Part shown: positions 1-13,337 of the stretch, one piece after another
Numbering within the stretch: the stretch's first letter is position 1
How the letters are laid out: every line of letters begins with the position of its first letter
NCBI GenBank assembly: GCA_964016885.1
Contig: OZ024758.1
Span: 27,342,001 to 27,406,000 of the forward strand
Source of the DNA: Eledone cirrhosa
Taxonomy: Eukaryota
DNA length: 64,000 nt
Direction: 5' to 3'
Made by a program: the position numbers and the translations under genes
The notes under the pieces: generated by a model
What the model was told of the DNA's origin: nothing
Seen by the model: the letters and a program-made list of their open reading frames with translations, nothing else
The model's database searches: none

Positions 1-203
1 CTCACCTCTCTCTCTCTCCCCCTCTCTCTCCCCCTCTCCCCCTCACCTCTCTCTTTCTCTCTCTCTGCTCTCTCTCCCCTCAATCCTCCCATCCCCCCTC
101 TCTCTACTCTCATTCTCTCTTTCTCTCTCTCTCTACTCACTCTTTCTCTCTCTCTCCCCCTCCTCATCACCGCCTCTCTCTCTCGCCCACCCTCACCCTC
201 CCC
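1..203. repeat. (CT)n / pyrimidine-rich low-complexity tract
   Basis: Degenerate ctctct/cccct repeats. Confidence 0.9.
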
Positions 204-607
204 TGTAAATAAATCACTCTCCAGTTAGTCGAGCAGTGGAAATTTATCGTTGAAGATATTTAAAAATATTTCTCATAAAACCGAGGACAAATGAGCAGCC
301 AGGTGGTAGAAGATTTCTATGAAATATTGCCAGACGATTATTAGATGTACACTATGGATTATCTTAATACCGCTTAATTAGTGATTAGTCGTGGCATTCT
401 TGACTTTTCTAAAATATTTATTTCCTGTTATTATAGTTTTAATTCTTCTTAATATGGTCTGTTAATTAAATACTGACAACAAATCCGAAATCGCTCGATA
501 TTCTCGTTGAAACCATTCATTCCCTCTCAGTATAATTAATTACACAATTACACGCATACACATATAAAGTAATGTATTTATATATATTTAATACAGTTAT
601 TATTGTA

Positions 608-840
608 TTGGATTGGCAGTATCGGTAGAGCGTCGGACGCCATGCTAGGGCGGTGGATTGGCAGTATCGGTGGAGCGTCGGATGCCATGCTTTGACGTAT
701 AGAGTTACGGCCCTTGCCATTCTGAGTTCAAATCCCGCCGAGGTTGACTTTGCCTTTCATCCTTACGGAGTCGATAAAATAAAGTACCAGTAATGCACTG
801 GGTAATTGCTGGCCTTGTGCCAAAAAGTAGAAACAATTAT
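608..840 (+). mobile_element. tRNA-derived SINE (major family), duplicated head
   Basis: A-box-like tggcagtatcggtag, B-box-like gagttcaaatcc, central gcctttcatccttacggggtcgataaaataaagtaccag (resembles the Meta-type SINE domain) and tail gtagaaacaattatt. About 30 copies in the window. Confidence 0.9.
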
Positions 841-862
841 TTATATTTAATTGTATCAATAT

Positions 863-1642
863 ATATCTATCTAAGGCGGGTAAAATTCCCGAGATCCATG
901 GACGAGTTCTCTCCAGCGGTCTCTGTCCCTCATTATCACTGCCATGTCCTGCGTCTCCAACAGACCAGTGTCTGTCCTTAGGGCATCAACATACGTTAAC
1001 CTTGGTCTTCCTCTTCTTGTGTGTCCATGTAGGGGCTCCCAAAGGAGCACTGAGTGCAATGTCAACTCTGGATGTCGGTGAGCATGTCTAGCTAACCTCA
1101 GTCTCCTCTGTGTCACTTTTGAGCTGACTTTTGCCGACGACATAGTTTTGGTGACAAATACAGTGAAGGAGGCAGAGGATTTGATGCAGGAGATTGAGAC
1201 TGTGTCGATGAGTGTGGGGCTGAGAATGAATGAGACTAAAACAAAATATCTGGTAGAGAATGTTGAGAAGCCAGAGGGGATCACTAATGTAGGCGGGAAG
1301 CCGCTGGAATTGGTTGAGGACTTCCTGTATTTGGGAGCAAAGATTGGGAATACGGAAGATGATGTGGTTGAGAGGAAGAGCAAGGCCTGGGCGGCGTGCC
1401 ACAGCTTGAGATCGGTGTGGAAGTCGGACCTTCGTAGAGACCTGGAACTCCGCCTCTTCATTGCTGTAGTGGAGTCTATGCTGCTGTATGGGTCTGAGAC
1501 TTGGACACTGACCAAGAAACTCACTCAGATGGTGGATGGGTGCTACACGAGAATGCTGAGGATGGCTCTGAACATTAATCAGTATACACTGAGGATGAAA
1601 AACTCAGAGCTCTATGGGAGCATCCCAAAAGTCTGCTCAAAA
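863..1642 (-). mobile_element. RTE-clade LINE, 5'-truncated with 5' inversion and 10-bp TSD
   Basis: + strand 1148-1642 encodes the RT end (FLYLGAKI, LLYGSETWTLTK). Its continuation (QRRLRLARHAHRH...RGRPRLTYVD...DRDRWR) is on the - strand at ~1130-871. Direct repeat gtatcaatat at 853-862 and 1643-1652. Confidence 0.88.
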
Positions 1643-1749
1643 GTATCAATATGAATACTGTTATTGTGTCAATACTAATGCTCTATATATTATAATTAAA
1701 TGCAATTATTTGAATACAATATTATACTTTATAGTATCTGTGTCAAAAC

Positions 1750-2300
1750 ACTGTTATATTTCATAGAATCAATATGGAGTCCCCCACCCTACCTTCTGTT
1801 ATGGCTGAATCAGAGAGGGCATCTAGAAAGTTCCTAACAAAGTTGAAGGCCTGGTCAAGGTGTTTTGTGGAAGTCCAGCATTCGCCTATGTATGATAGTC
1901 TCCCCTTTCCATGCTATTGATGTTCTCCACAGAAAAAACAGCCAAAGAAAAATGTCTGCCAACTCATATGTTACTTTATCCCAGAATATTCTTGTTTTGC
2001 CATTCTCTAACACCTTTCTTTGTAGTATGCCTACACGACCTCCGTCAGAACTTCCAGAGTATGTAAATTGCAACTCTGTCACATCTACGAATATATTCTT
2101 TCTTGACTAAGACTGAGTACCTAGAAACAATATGATTAATTGGTTATTCTCCATCTCCATATACTCTGCAGTTACTTAAAATGCTCTACTTGATTGTGTA
2201 CTTCTGTTGGTTTCTAGTGCAGAGGTTTTGATCTTGTGCTGCAGCTAAGAATCCTTCAGTCTTGGTTGATGATTTACCATTGTGTTTGGGTATGCTTAAG
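1750..2300 (-). pseudogene. degenerate R4/Dong-like LINE C-terminal fragment
   Basis: Broken frames on - give NHIVS, RCDRVAIYILWK and ENGKTRIFWDK, resembling the zinc-knuckle/RHD/RLE region of the ORF at 40957-42302. Confidence 0.5.
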
Positions 2301-2415
2301 CACAGGGCCCCGTTGGGCAGGGGCCCTATCTTCCTGCCCCCCAAACATTTTTTACGGTGAATTTTTCAAATGTTTGGGGGCCTCATAACTTAACTAGCAC
2401 AGGGCTTTGTAACTT

Positions 2416-2583
2416 ATCGTATTTCTCGGCGCTTCGTCCTCGAGGACGCACCCTAATTTTGACAACCAAAAATTTGAAGAAACAAAAATAATAAACAACC
2501 TTCGGCCTCCAGGACGCATGGTAGATTTTTTTTAGACTTATTTTAGGAAAAAAGTAGCACCTTCGACGCCGGGAAATACGGTA
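2416..2583. mobile_element. Tc1/mariner-pogo-like MITE
   Basis: Imperfect TIRs tatcgtatttctcggcg ... cgccgggaaatacggta with TA ends. Confidence 0.6.
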
Positions 2584-2894
2584 ACTGGCACAGAGCCTCA
2601 TATATCCTGAATCCAGGAGTGAGCCTTGGTATTGTGTCATGAGCTTCTTAACCTGCATGGTGAATTTTACTTATCTACTTCATCTCTATCCGGCTTTTAT
2701 AGATATTGGCAGTACAGGGTTATTTCTTGTTATTCTGACATGGTGAAGATAGATTTCGTCACTTCCGTTGTCCTTTTTTCTAATTGTCCATTCTCTGCAT
2801 AACTATCTCTCATTTCAGGTTCTGTTTTGGATTTGTCTTCCCTGATGACAGAAGACAATTTTTTGTTTTGTTCATGCTTCGTAGCTATTATTAT

Positions 2895-3600
2895 TTGGAT
2901 TGGCGGTGAATTGGCAGTATCGGTGAATTGGAAGGGCGGTGAATTGGCAGTATCGGTGAATTGGATTGGCGGTGAATTGGCAGTATCGGTGAATTGGAAG
3001 GGCGGTGAATTGGTAGTATCGGTAGAGGGTTGGACGCCATGCTTTCTAGCATAGTTACGTCCCTTTACGGTTTGAGTTCAAATCCCGCCGAGGTTAACTT
3101 TGCCTTTCATCCTTACGGGGTCTATAAAATAAAGTACCAGTAATGTACTGGGTAATTGCTGGCCTTGTGCCTAAAGTAGAAACAATTATTATTTGGATTG
3201 GCAGTATCGGTAGAGGGTCGGACACCATGCTTTGCAGCATTGAGTTACGGCCCCTTATGATCTGAGTTCAAATCCCGCCGAGGTTAACTTTGCCTTTCAT
3301 CCTTACGGAGTCGATAAAAATAAAGCACCAGTAACGTACTGGGGTCGATTTAATCGATTTTCCCCTCCCCTAAAATTGCTGGCCTTGTGCCTATATAAGA
3401 AACCATTATTTGGATTGGCAGTATCGGTAGCGGGTCGGACGCCATGCTTTGACGCATAGAGTTACGGCCCTTGCCATTCTGAGTTCAAATCCCGCCAAGG
3501 TTAACTTTGCCTTTCATCCTTACGGGGTCGATAAAATAAAGTACCAGTAATGCACTGGGGTAATTGCTGGCCTTGTGCCAAAAGTAGAAACAATTATTAT
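2895..3600 (+). mobile_element. three tandem SINE copies; first has a multiplied head
   Basis: Copies at ~2895-3190, 3194-3410 and 3411-3600. Motif ggcggtgaattggcagtatcggtgaattgg repeated about 4 times at 2901-3025. Confidence 0.9.
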
Positions 3601-3639
3601 TTGTATTAATTCTGCATTACTTTTACAAGATAGTTATGT

Positions 3640-4060
3640 AGTTCTGCAGTGGTTTCAAGCTGCATAAGTTTCCAGCCTCGTATTCGGGGTAAATATACTT
3701 TTCTCTATCTGATGTATTCTATTTTCTTGATGTTCTATCTCGTCTTACTAGTTTGGTTAGTGTCCATTTAAGAATATTAAAATTGTAGCTTATTACTGAG
3801 ACAGCTAAATGTCTATTAACTTATTTTTTCATTTAGTTCAGTTTTAAGTAGTTTTTTTAATGCATCTATAACACGTCTTTCTAATCATTATTTTCAATTG
3901 CGTGTGTTGTACACTGTCTAGTTCATTGATTCCTAAGTATTTTTAGTTGTTTGATTTAATTCTCTTGTTTCGTTTTCTTTATCTGACATGTTTTTAACTA
4001 ATTTTTCTCTCTTCGGCGTTGTTTTAGTTTGTTTTAGTCAAATCTCAAATCTATTTTTCT
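3640..4060 (-). pseudogene. degenerate R4-like LINE RT-thumb fragment
   Basis: - strand reads LAVSVISYNFNILKWTLTKLVRRDRTSRK, similar to YAVPILTPTFGLLNWSLQELSAMDVRTRK in the 40957 ORF. Confidence 0.5.
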
Positions 4061-4790
4061 TGTAAATCTATGTACTGTCCAGCAGCAGAAGTTCTCGTCG
4101 TCTGTCAATCATCATCATCGTTGTCGTCATCACCATCATCACCATTATCACCATCGTCATCATATTGTTGTTGTTGTTGTAAATGCAGTGGATTGGTAGA
4201 ATTGTTAGAGCGTCGGACAAAATACTTAGAAGTAATTAGGTCAGCCCTTTACGTTATAAGATCAAATCCCGCCAAGATCAACTTAGCCTTTCATCCTTTC
4301 GGGGTAGATAAAACAAAGAACCAGTCACGAAGTGGGGTAAAGTTTCTCCTCCCCACAAATTATTGGCCTTGTACATAAATTAGAAATAATTATTAGAAAT
4401 ACAGGCATAAAAATAGTATTTTACATTTTTTCTGTGTAAGGAGGAATAGTTGAAAGTGTTTTCATTTCACAGATAAGGCTTCAAATTCAAAACCTTTACT
4501 TATATCTCTATTAAATTCACACTAAATCTTCAAATATATGCTGTGTTCCACTATAACTATTTATTTGTTTATTTTATTACGTTGTCAAACGTATGTGTAT
4601 CACGCAAATTAGACTAACCATTGCAGGTATTTTCTATAGCGTGTGTGACTTGTATAGTATTGCTATAGCCATATAGGGATAGTTATTTTTTGATAACGCG
4701 ATAAAAATCGCTGAAATACAGACATAAGAATAATCTCATACTTTTCTGTGTACGGCAGTTATATCTACCTTAAGTTTACTCTGTGTTCTA

Positions 4791-4829
<39 letters not shown>

Positions 4830-5069
4830 ATGCTTTCATATATTTTTATATCTGTATATCTGTTTGACCCGAAATAGGAGATCGAATCTTCGCTGTGTGG
4901 ATAATTAGTTTAACCACCATCTCAGTGTGTTTGGACTTTAACGTAAGTTGTAAGCTCTAATTCTTTTGAATTATTGAGCGCTTGCCTCACAATTCGAAAG
5001 TGTTTTTTCGTTATTTCATAGCCTGAAATTCGATTCTCGCTAATTTTTACTTGTATATATATATATATT

Positions 5070-5677
5070 ATGTCAGGTCACCAGTTGGTGCTACTGGTAA
5101 CATGTATCCCAGTACAACCTGTCTCATGGTCGGGTCGTTGGCGACTAAACTGGCAACCCCACCAAGGTTGCTTGGTGAGGAGGGTGACTTTGGACATCCT
5201 GCAGGACTAAAAACAAAACCTGTCAAAGGGCAAAGGAGCTCTTAAGAGTCAATGGCCATCCAAAATCACCGGGAGAGATGACCCTTTAGCCTTTGTCAAG
5301 GCAGAATTCTAGGAGAAGGAAAACTCTGATATAACACCTGCAACTCTGATGGTATCCAATGATGTTGACTTGTTCTTCTTTTTGGTAAATATCATCTTGG
5401 TTAAGAGAGTGGGACTGGCTTTGTGCAGTGCCTTTGCTCACTATAAAAGCTTCACGGCACAGGCATTGCTTTATATCTGGAGATCTCTCTGCACTTGTCG
5501 TGACATGGTACCATGGGCCCAGCACTATGTGTCAATAATTGTCACAAGTGTAGTGTTTGTACCCGAGCTTTCAAGTCGCTGGCTGGACTGAAAAGTCACA
5601 CTCGTTTAGCGCATCAGTAGGGGTTCTCCTACATGGATATAAAGTAGTGGCCGTACTCGAAAACGAGTTGGCAGCCA

Positions 5678-5680
<3 letters not shown>
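5070..5680 (+). mobile_element. non-autonomous RTE-related retroposon, family 1 (~610 bp)
   Basis: Contains ctaggagaaggaaaactctga (RTE 5'UTR-like) and a 3' hairpin ctcgaaaacgag. Close copies in reverse at 45418-46025 and 63671-64000. No credible ORF. Confidence 0.75.
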
Positions 5681-6000
<320 letters not shown>

Positions 6001-6184
6001 TAATTTCTTTTTCCGTCTTTACGGACCTTCACCCTACTTTATAAGCTATTTTATAGTAACTCCGCGCATGAGCAGACCACTCTTTATATTAAATGAATAT
6101 ATATATATTTGTTCGTATGTGTGTGTGAGGAAAGATATATATATATATATATTTCATTTCTTACTCTTAGTACGGCTGATACTT

Positions 6185-6888
<704 letters not shown>

Positions 6889-8117
6889 GTAAGAGTTAAT
6901 ATTAGAGGTACTATAATAAGGAATGGAAACTTTTCAGCTGCATTCAGCGTGTCCAGTTTATTAAATATAAATTATGTGTCCACGTCATCATCATTGTTAT
7001 AGAATGATTCATATTTGTTTTTATAATTATAGATATTTATAACGATCATTCAGATAAACAAAGAACTCGCAAGGGCGGTTATATGAGAGCATTACACTGC
7101 TTGACAATGTTCTGTGCTCCAAGACTACTTGAAACAAGCGTCAGCATGTTGAACAAGAAAAAAGACCGCCTTTCAAATGACGTCATTTGATATTTAACGC
7201 TGTTATGTATGTGCTGCGCCAACTCTTTCTTCAATTAACGAATACGTTAGCACATTGTTCGCAGAATGTACACACAATGTATTTCTTGAAATCTATGTTT
7301 ACCTTGGATCGATTCAAGAAGGCCATATTTACCGACTGACTAATCTTAAGCCTTGTCAGCCTAGCTGGAAGAGTTCTATGAAAGTAGAAAAACCTGACAA
7401 CAACGGTTGTTTTTTTTTTTCCATCGGACATAGTTTTAAGCAGTTTTTTTTTTCCTTGCAAGATTATTAAATTCAGGAAGAAGTATTGTATAATATTTGA
7501 GAAGCACTGAAGACATCATATCTGGGAGAAAGAAAAAAAAAAAATGAAAATAAGTGAGATGAGAAATGCAAAAACTATAAACGATGGAGGGCGGGGGAAA
7601 GGATGAAGGAAATATTTGCTATTAGGATTTTTTTCAACGCGCTGACTGCTATGTGTATATAAGTGTGTGTATGTGTATCTGCGTATGCATACATTTATAT
7701 GTATGAGTGCATAAATATAAATGCGCAAACACTTACAGAAATACACACTCACAGGCATACATTCACGCAAACATACATACACATACACTCACACGCAGCG
7801 CAGCAAATGAAACGCCAGCCGCTATTTTGCTATAGTTTTTTTTTTCACCGCCCCTGCCTTCCTTTTACACACATACATTTACACCAACACACACACATCG
7901 TGTGACGGACGGACAGACGGATGGAAGTTGCTCAAATTTATATGGAGATTTGAGCAAATTAACGCAAATAAAATAGGGAAAAAAGCACGAGATGTGTGTG
8001 AGTTGTAGTTAAGAAAAGAAATGTCCAGTAAAATTACACAGAAAGGCACAATATGCTGTGAATGAAGTGACCAAATATCTAGGATTGAAAACACCGAATT
8101 TTAAATCTTAGTATATA

Positions 8118-8120
<3 letters not shown>

Positions 8121-8216
<96 letters not shown>
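8121..8216. repeat. (CT)n microsatellite
   Basis: Direct reading. Confidence 0.95.
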
Positions 8217-8253
8217 GTTGTTACACACCTAACACACACACATAATATACCCT

Positions 8254-8317
<64 letters not shown>

Positions 8318-8461
8318 GTATACATGTATGTGTGTATGTGTACATATATATGTATGTATGGATGTATGTATGTATGTGTATACTATATCAACGTATATAA
8401 TACAATATATATATATATAACATGTGATATGTATGTGTGTGTGTTTTAAACACCCCCTTCT

Positions 8462-8499
<38 letters not shown>

Positions 8500-8659
8500 A
8501 AATAATATATATTTTTGTATACGAGTCTGTATGTGTGTGTGAGTGTGTGTCTGTATATGTGTGTGTGTATGTGTGCGCGTCTGTATGTGTATATGTGTGC
8601 GTCTGTATGTGTGTATGTGTGTGTGTGTGTTCTCACAATATAACAATTCCTAGCAAATA

Positions 8660-8747
8660 CAGGGTGTCCAAAAAAATGTTAGCACAGTGTACAGGCAATA
8701 TTCATTAGAATGCTGTTGAAGTGTGTATACATTTTGGGGGGACACTG
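8660..8747. mobile_element. tiny Tc1/mariner-like MITE
   Basis: ta-cagggtgtccaaaaaaatg ... cattttggggggacactg-ta. Related partial copy at ~39012-39098. Confidence 0.65.
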
Positions 8748-8856
8748 TATATATTGTATACTAACATCTATACAACAGCCCCAAAGACAAAAAGTATATA
8801 ATCCATAAACAGCGCCGTCTATTAACTCACTAGTGTCTACTGTAAACATATTTCCA

Positions 8857-9045
8857 TGGATTGGCAGTATCGGTAGAGAGTCGGACGCCATGCTTTGCAG
8901 CAAAGAGTTACGGCCCTTTGTGGTCTGAATTCAAATCCTGCCGAGGTTAACTTTGCTTTTTATGCTCACGGGGTCGATGAAATAAAGTACCAGTAATGCA
9001 CTGGGTTAATTCCTGGCCTTGTGCCAAAAGTAGATCCAATTGTTT
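8857..9045 (+). mobile_element. SINE (major family)
   Basis: Matches the family consensus. Confidence 0.9.
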
Positions 9046-9297
9046 TCTGTTTCAGGTAACCGATAACTGTAACGATATACTGCTAGTCAATAATTGACAT
9101 GCATGAACAGACATATGCATGCACAAAACTGAAGATCATATATTAGTTTCACTCGAATTGTTTAATTTAAGAGCATATATTCATCCATTCACTTCCTTAA
9201 AAGCCTTCTATTATGTATGGCACATCATTCATTGTAGCTAAGAAAGCATTTGCAAACAGTGATCGTATTCTACGTTTATATAGAAAGTAGAGCAAAA

Positions 9298-9655
9298 ATA
9301 ATTGTTTCTACTTTAGGCACAAGGCCAGCAATTACCCAGTGAATTACTGGTACTTTATTCTATCGACCCCGTAAGGATGAAAGGCAAAGTCAACCTCGGC
9401 CGGATTTGAACTCAGATCGTAAAGGGACGTAGCTATGCTGGAAAGCATGGCGTCCGACCCTCTACCGATACTGCCAGCAAAAATAATTGTTTCTACTTTT
9501 GGCACAAGGCCATCAATTACCCAGTGCATTACTGGTACTTTATTTTATCGACCCCCGTAAGGATGAAAGGCAAAGTCAACCTCGGCGGGATTTGAACTCA
9601 GATCGTAAAGGGACGTAGCTATGCTGGAAAGCATGGCGTCCGATACTGCCAGCAA
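9298..9655 (-). mobile_element. two tandem SINE copies
   Basis: Reverse complement of the consensus, twice. Confidence 0.9.
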
Positions 9656-10184
9656 AAATAATACCCGCAAAGGGGAGACATCAGTCTAATTATATAGGTG
9701 ATACTTCAGCAGACAAAGGAAAATATTTTATGTTTGTTACAATTAAAATCATGACCCAACAATGATGAACATTGTCCATTATTGTATAGTTTGTGAGCTG
9801 TTCATTGCTAATCATGTTGTTAGTTTGTGAGCTGTTCATTGCGGATGACTAATTTCCTGCTTTTTTTTTCTTCTTTCAAACAGAACTTTTTATACATAAT
9901 ATAATTTTAGCTTCTTCAGAAATGCCGTAGCACCGCCATAACATCGCTACTTCATAGTCAGCCTATGAACTTTTCATCTGACCCTCGTATTCTATAACTT
10001 TTTGCTTTTAGTTTTTCAAATGAACTTTAGTTTTTCAAATGAACAATTACATACTTATTCGCACAAACAAATATGAAAAAATAACTTTAAAAAAAAACAT
10101 GAAAATATATGTAAATAAATGTAAACGCAAATACGCTACTTCTATAATGTAGAGAAAACATAATTTACTCACAATAGTGAAAGA

Positions 10185-10372
10185 GGGCGGTGGTATGGCA
10201 GAATCGGTAGAGGGTCAGACGCCATGCTTTGCAGCAAAGAGTTACGGCCCTTTATGATCTGAGTTCAAATCCCGCCGAGGTTAACTTTGCCTTTCATCCT
10301 TACGCGGTCGATAAAATAAAGTACCAGTAATGCACTGGGGTAATTGCTGGCCTTGTGCCAAACAGTAGAAAC
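10185..10372 (+). mobile_element. SINE with TSD
   Basis: Flanked by acaatagtgaaaga at 10171-10184 and 10371-10384. Confidence 0.9.
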
Positions 10373-10554
10373 AATAGTGAAAGATGGGGGGGAGGGGAGA
10401 CGGTGACGGTGAGAGTGGGAATTTGGTTCCTTTGTGTACGGACCTGGTGTATATGTGTAAAAGGAGAATTAATTTTCCTCCTGTAATCTTTTAAAATGCC
10501 TAAATCCGTCCATTAGATACTATAAACATTTGAATTGAAAAAAAAAAAAAATAA

Positions 10555-10942
10555 TAATTGTTTCTACTTATGGCACAAGGCCAGCAATTACCCAGTGTAT
10601 TACTGGTACTTTATTTTATCAACCCCGTAAGGATGAAAGGCAAAGTCAACCTCGGTGGGATTTGAACTCAGTCCGTAAAAGGGACGTAACTGTGCGTCAA
10701 AGCATGGCGTCCGACCCTCTAGCGATACACCAACTGTGAAAAAAAATAATAATGGTTTCTTATATAGGCACAAGGCCAGTAATTTGGGGGGGGGGGGAAG
10801 TCGATTAAATCGACCCCAGTGCGTGACTGGCACTTTATTTTATCGACCCCATAAGGATGAAAGGCGGGATTTGAACTCAGTCCGTAAAGGGACGTAACTG
10901 TGCGTCAAAGCATGGCGTCCGACCCTCTACCGATACTGCCAA
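10555..10942 (-). mobile_element. two SINE copies (short and long form)
   Basis: Reverse complement of the consensus. The second copy keeps the gtcgatttaatcgac hairpin segment. Confidence 0.88.
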
Positions 10943-10944
10943 AC

Positions 10945-11070
10945 CCGGCGATGGTCTGGCGTCCTGTCCAGGGAGGAGTATTGTACGCTCAGTCGCTTAA
11001 CGCCATGGAAACCGAGATAAGCACCGGCCTAATGAGCTTCAGGGCTCGAGACAGACTTTAGACTTAGACT
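10945..11070 (+). mobile_element. 3' half of a second SINE family
   Basis: gcgatggtctggcgtcctgtccaggg ... gggctcgagacagactttagac. Full copy at 53456-53745. Confidence 0.7.
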
Positions 11071-11382
11071 GGACATCAAGAAATTATGATTTTCAAAAGC
11101 TTTTGAGGTTCCTTTGAGAAAAAAAAAAAAAGAAACAAAGAATCAAAATCAGTTTGAGCTCATTTTTGACAACCATATCACCCCCTTTCCCTATTGACTT
11201 CCAATATAGAAATAGTGCTTAGTTATACTTGTCATAAATGTCAGTAATGTGCTATTCAATGTAGTAGATCTTGCTGACAACCCGATCTGATTGCAGCAGT
11301 TTGACACAAACACTCTCAGCAGCAATATGTAAAAATATATATACAAAAATGTGAAGGCCGATTCGATAAATGCACACTTCGT

Positions 11383-11980
11383 AGTTTGGGATAAGTTAGT
11401 TGCACATGTCTGCACAGTTTGGGATAAGTTAGTTGCACATGTCTGCACAGTTTGGGATAAGTTAGTTGCACATGTCTGCACAGTTTGGGATAAGTTAGTG
11501 GCATATGTCTGCACAGTTTGGAATAAGTTAGTTGCACATGTCTGCAGAGTTTGGGATAAGTTAGTTGCACATGTCTGCACAGTTTGGAATAAGTTAGTTG
11601 CACATGTCTGCACAGTTTGGGATAAGTTAGTTGCACATGTCTGCACAGTTTGGGATAAGTTAGTTGCACATGTCTGCACAGTTTGGGATAAGTTAGTGGC
11701 ATATGTCTGCACAGTTTGGAATAAGTTAGTTGCACATGTCTGCAGAGTTTGGAATAAGTTAGTTGCACATGTCTGCAGAGTTTGGGGTAAGTTAGTTGCA
11801 CATGTCTGCACAGTTTGGAATAAGTTAGTTGCACATGTCTGCACAGTTTGGGATAAGTTTGTTGCACATGTCTGCACAGTTTGGGATAAGTTTGTTGCAC
11901 ATGTCTGCACAGTTTGGGATAAGTTAGTTGCACATGTCTGCACAGTTTGGGATAAGTTAGTTGCACATGTCTGCACAGTT
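11383..11980. repeat. 33-bp minisatellite, ~18 copies
   Basis: Unit agtttgggataagttagttgcacatgtctgcac with no unique spacers. Confidence 0.95.
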
Positions 11981-12844
11981 TATCAAGAGTTAATCAACAG
12001 ATTGACAAATGTTTTCCGTAATGAATGTCTTCCGTAAAATATTGTAAAGGTGTTTCATTGAATTCCAATACGTTGTTATTTCCACTTCCACTAGCCATAT
12101 AATAGGGTGGTTGTATGGTGTGGTCCCGTAACTCCTGATAGAGTCGTAGGGACGCCATATTGACATACGGCGTTTCTTGGTTATTTAAAGCCTGGTGGAG
12201 CCCATTCCTCTCCAAGTCTAAGTACATACAGCAGAGTTCTTCCAGAGAAAGAGAGGAAATGAGAAAGAGATATAGAGGAAGAATCCACCCCAGTACTAGA
12301 CTGGTACTCTTTTTTACCGACCTCGAAAGGATGAAAGGCAAAGTTGACCTGGGCGGGATTAGAACTCAGAGAGCAGAGAGCTGGGATGAATACCATAAAG
12401 CATTCTATCCGAAGTTCTAACGACTCTGATAATTAGCCGCAAATAGGGTGGCTAGTGTCCTACAAGATGTGTTGTCCAGCTGATAGAAAGTTCTAAGAGC
12501 CAGACAAATACTCCTGACTCCAGGTAAACATTCTGTAATGTGATTGGTGAAGGAGAAAAGGGGGGAAAGACGGCTAGATGTTACAAGTGTTTATGTCTAA
12601 ATTAGATTAAATTCCACTGGTATTTGAATCACAAATAAGAAATTATGAATGAGGAGTACAGAGAAAGTAAATCGGCAACACTGTAGATGTTTCCACAACT
12701 GCCGTGTACTAAATACTCATTCTCACTTATATACACATATATACACCAGGTCTGAACACAAAAGAACCAAACTCCCACTGTCACCACCTCTGTCTCTCCC
12801 GCTCTCCCCATCTCTCACCATTGTGAGCAAATGGGGACCCAGGT

Positions 12845-13110
12845 GCTAGCTGCCCCGCGGTCGCGGCGGACTGGTTACCATGCGCCACCCTAACGAACAG
12901 AATAGAGAAGACGTTTCCCCGCAGGATGGTGAAGGAGACGCCCTGGAAGAGCTATTCCAAGTCGCAAGGTTCACACCTACTGGAAGCCGACTCTGTACCG
13001 ATGGTGGTGAGCAAAGAGGTGATCCTAGGACGGACCAAGGACTTCGGAAGTTCCCATTTGTTTGCCGAAAGGCTGCAGTGCCATATTACTGTCTCGTGTA
13101 CAAACTATCT
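12845..13110 (+). pseudogene. possible degenerate L1/Tx1-like LINE fragment
   Basis: GC-rich island reading LPRGRGGLV, then after a frameshift RRMVKETPWK. Loosely like the post-RT GGLG...W region. Confidence 0.3.
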
Positions 13111-13337
13111 CAGTAAAAGGTTCTGTTTATATATTTCTCATTCGCAGTTGTGGTATTCTCTGCCTTTCGAACTCGTAAAATGCAGAACTTAAACCCTGAT
13201 CCTCTGACGGCTCTATACCTGGATGTACTAACATGGTCACTTGATAGTTCCTTAAACTTTAAAACGAAAGTGATCCAGTTAGTTCGAGAGTTCACTGAAG
13301 CTAGTTAGTTATACCAGTTCTGGTATTACACATTTAA

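Noticed and set aside
640-745. SINE heads as tRNA genes
   Set aside because: They have A/B boxes but run into the SINE body, and no cloverleaf is supported.
9040-9062. tgttttctgtttcag|gtaacc as a recursive splice site
   Set aside because: Single short motif at a SINE tail with no gene context.
11191-12037. 216-261 aa ORFs with 11-aa repeats, and a CRISPR-like look
   Set aside because: A 33-bp unit keeps several frames open on both strands. There are no unique spacers and no cas genes.
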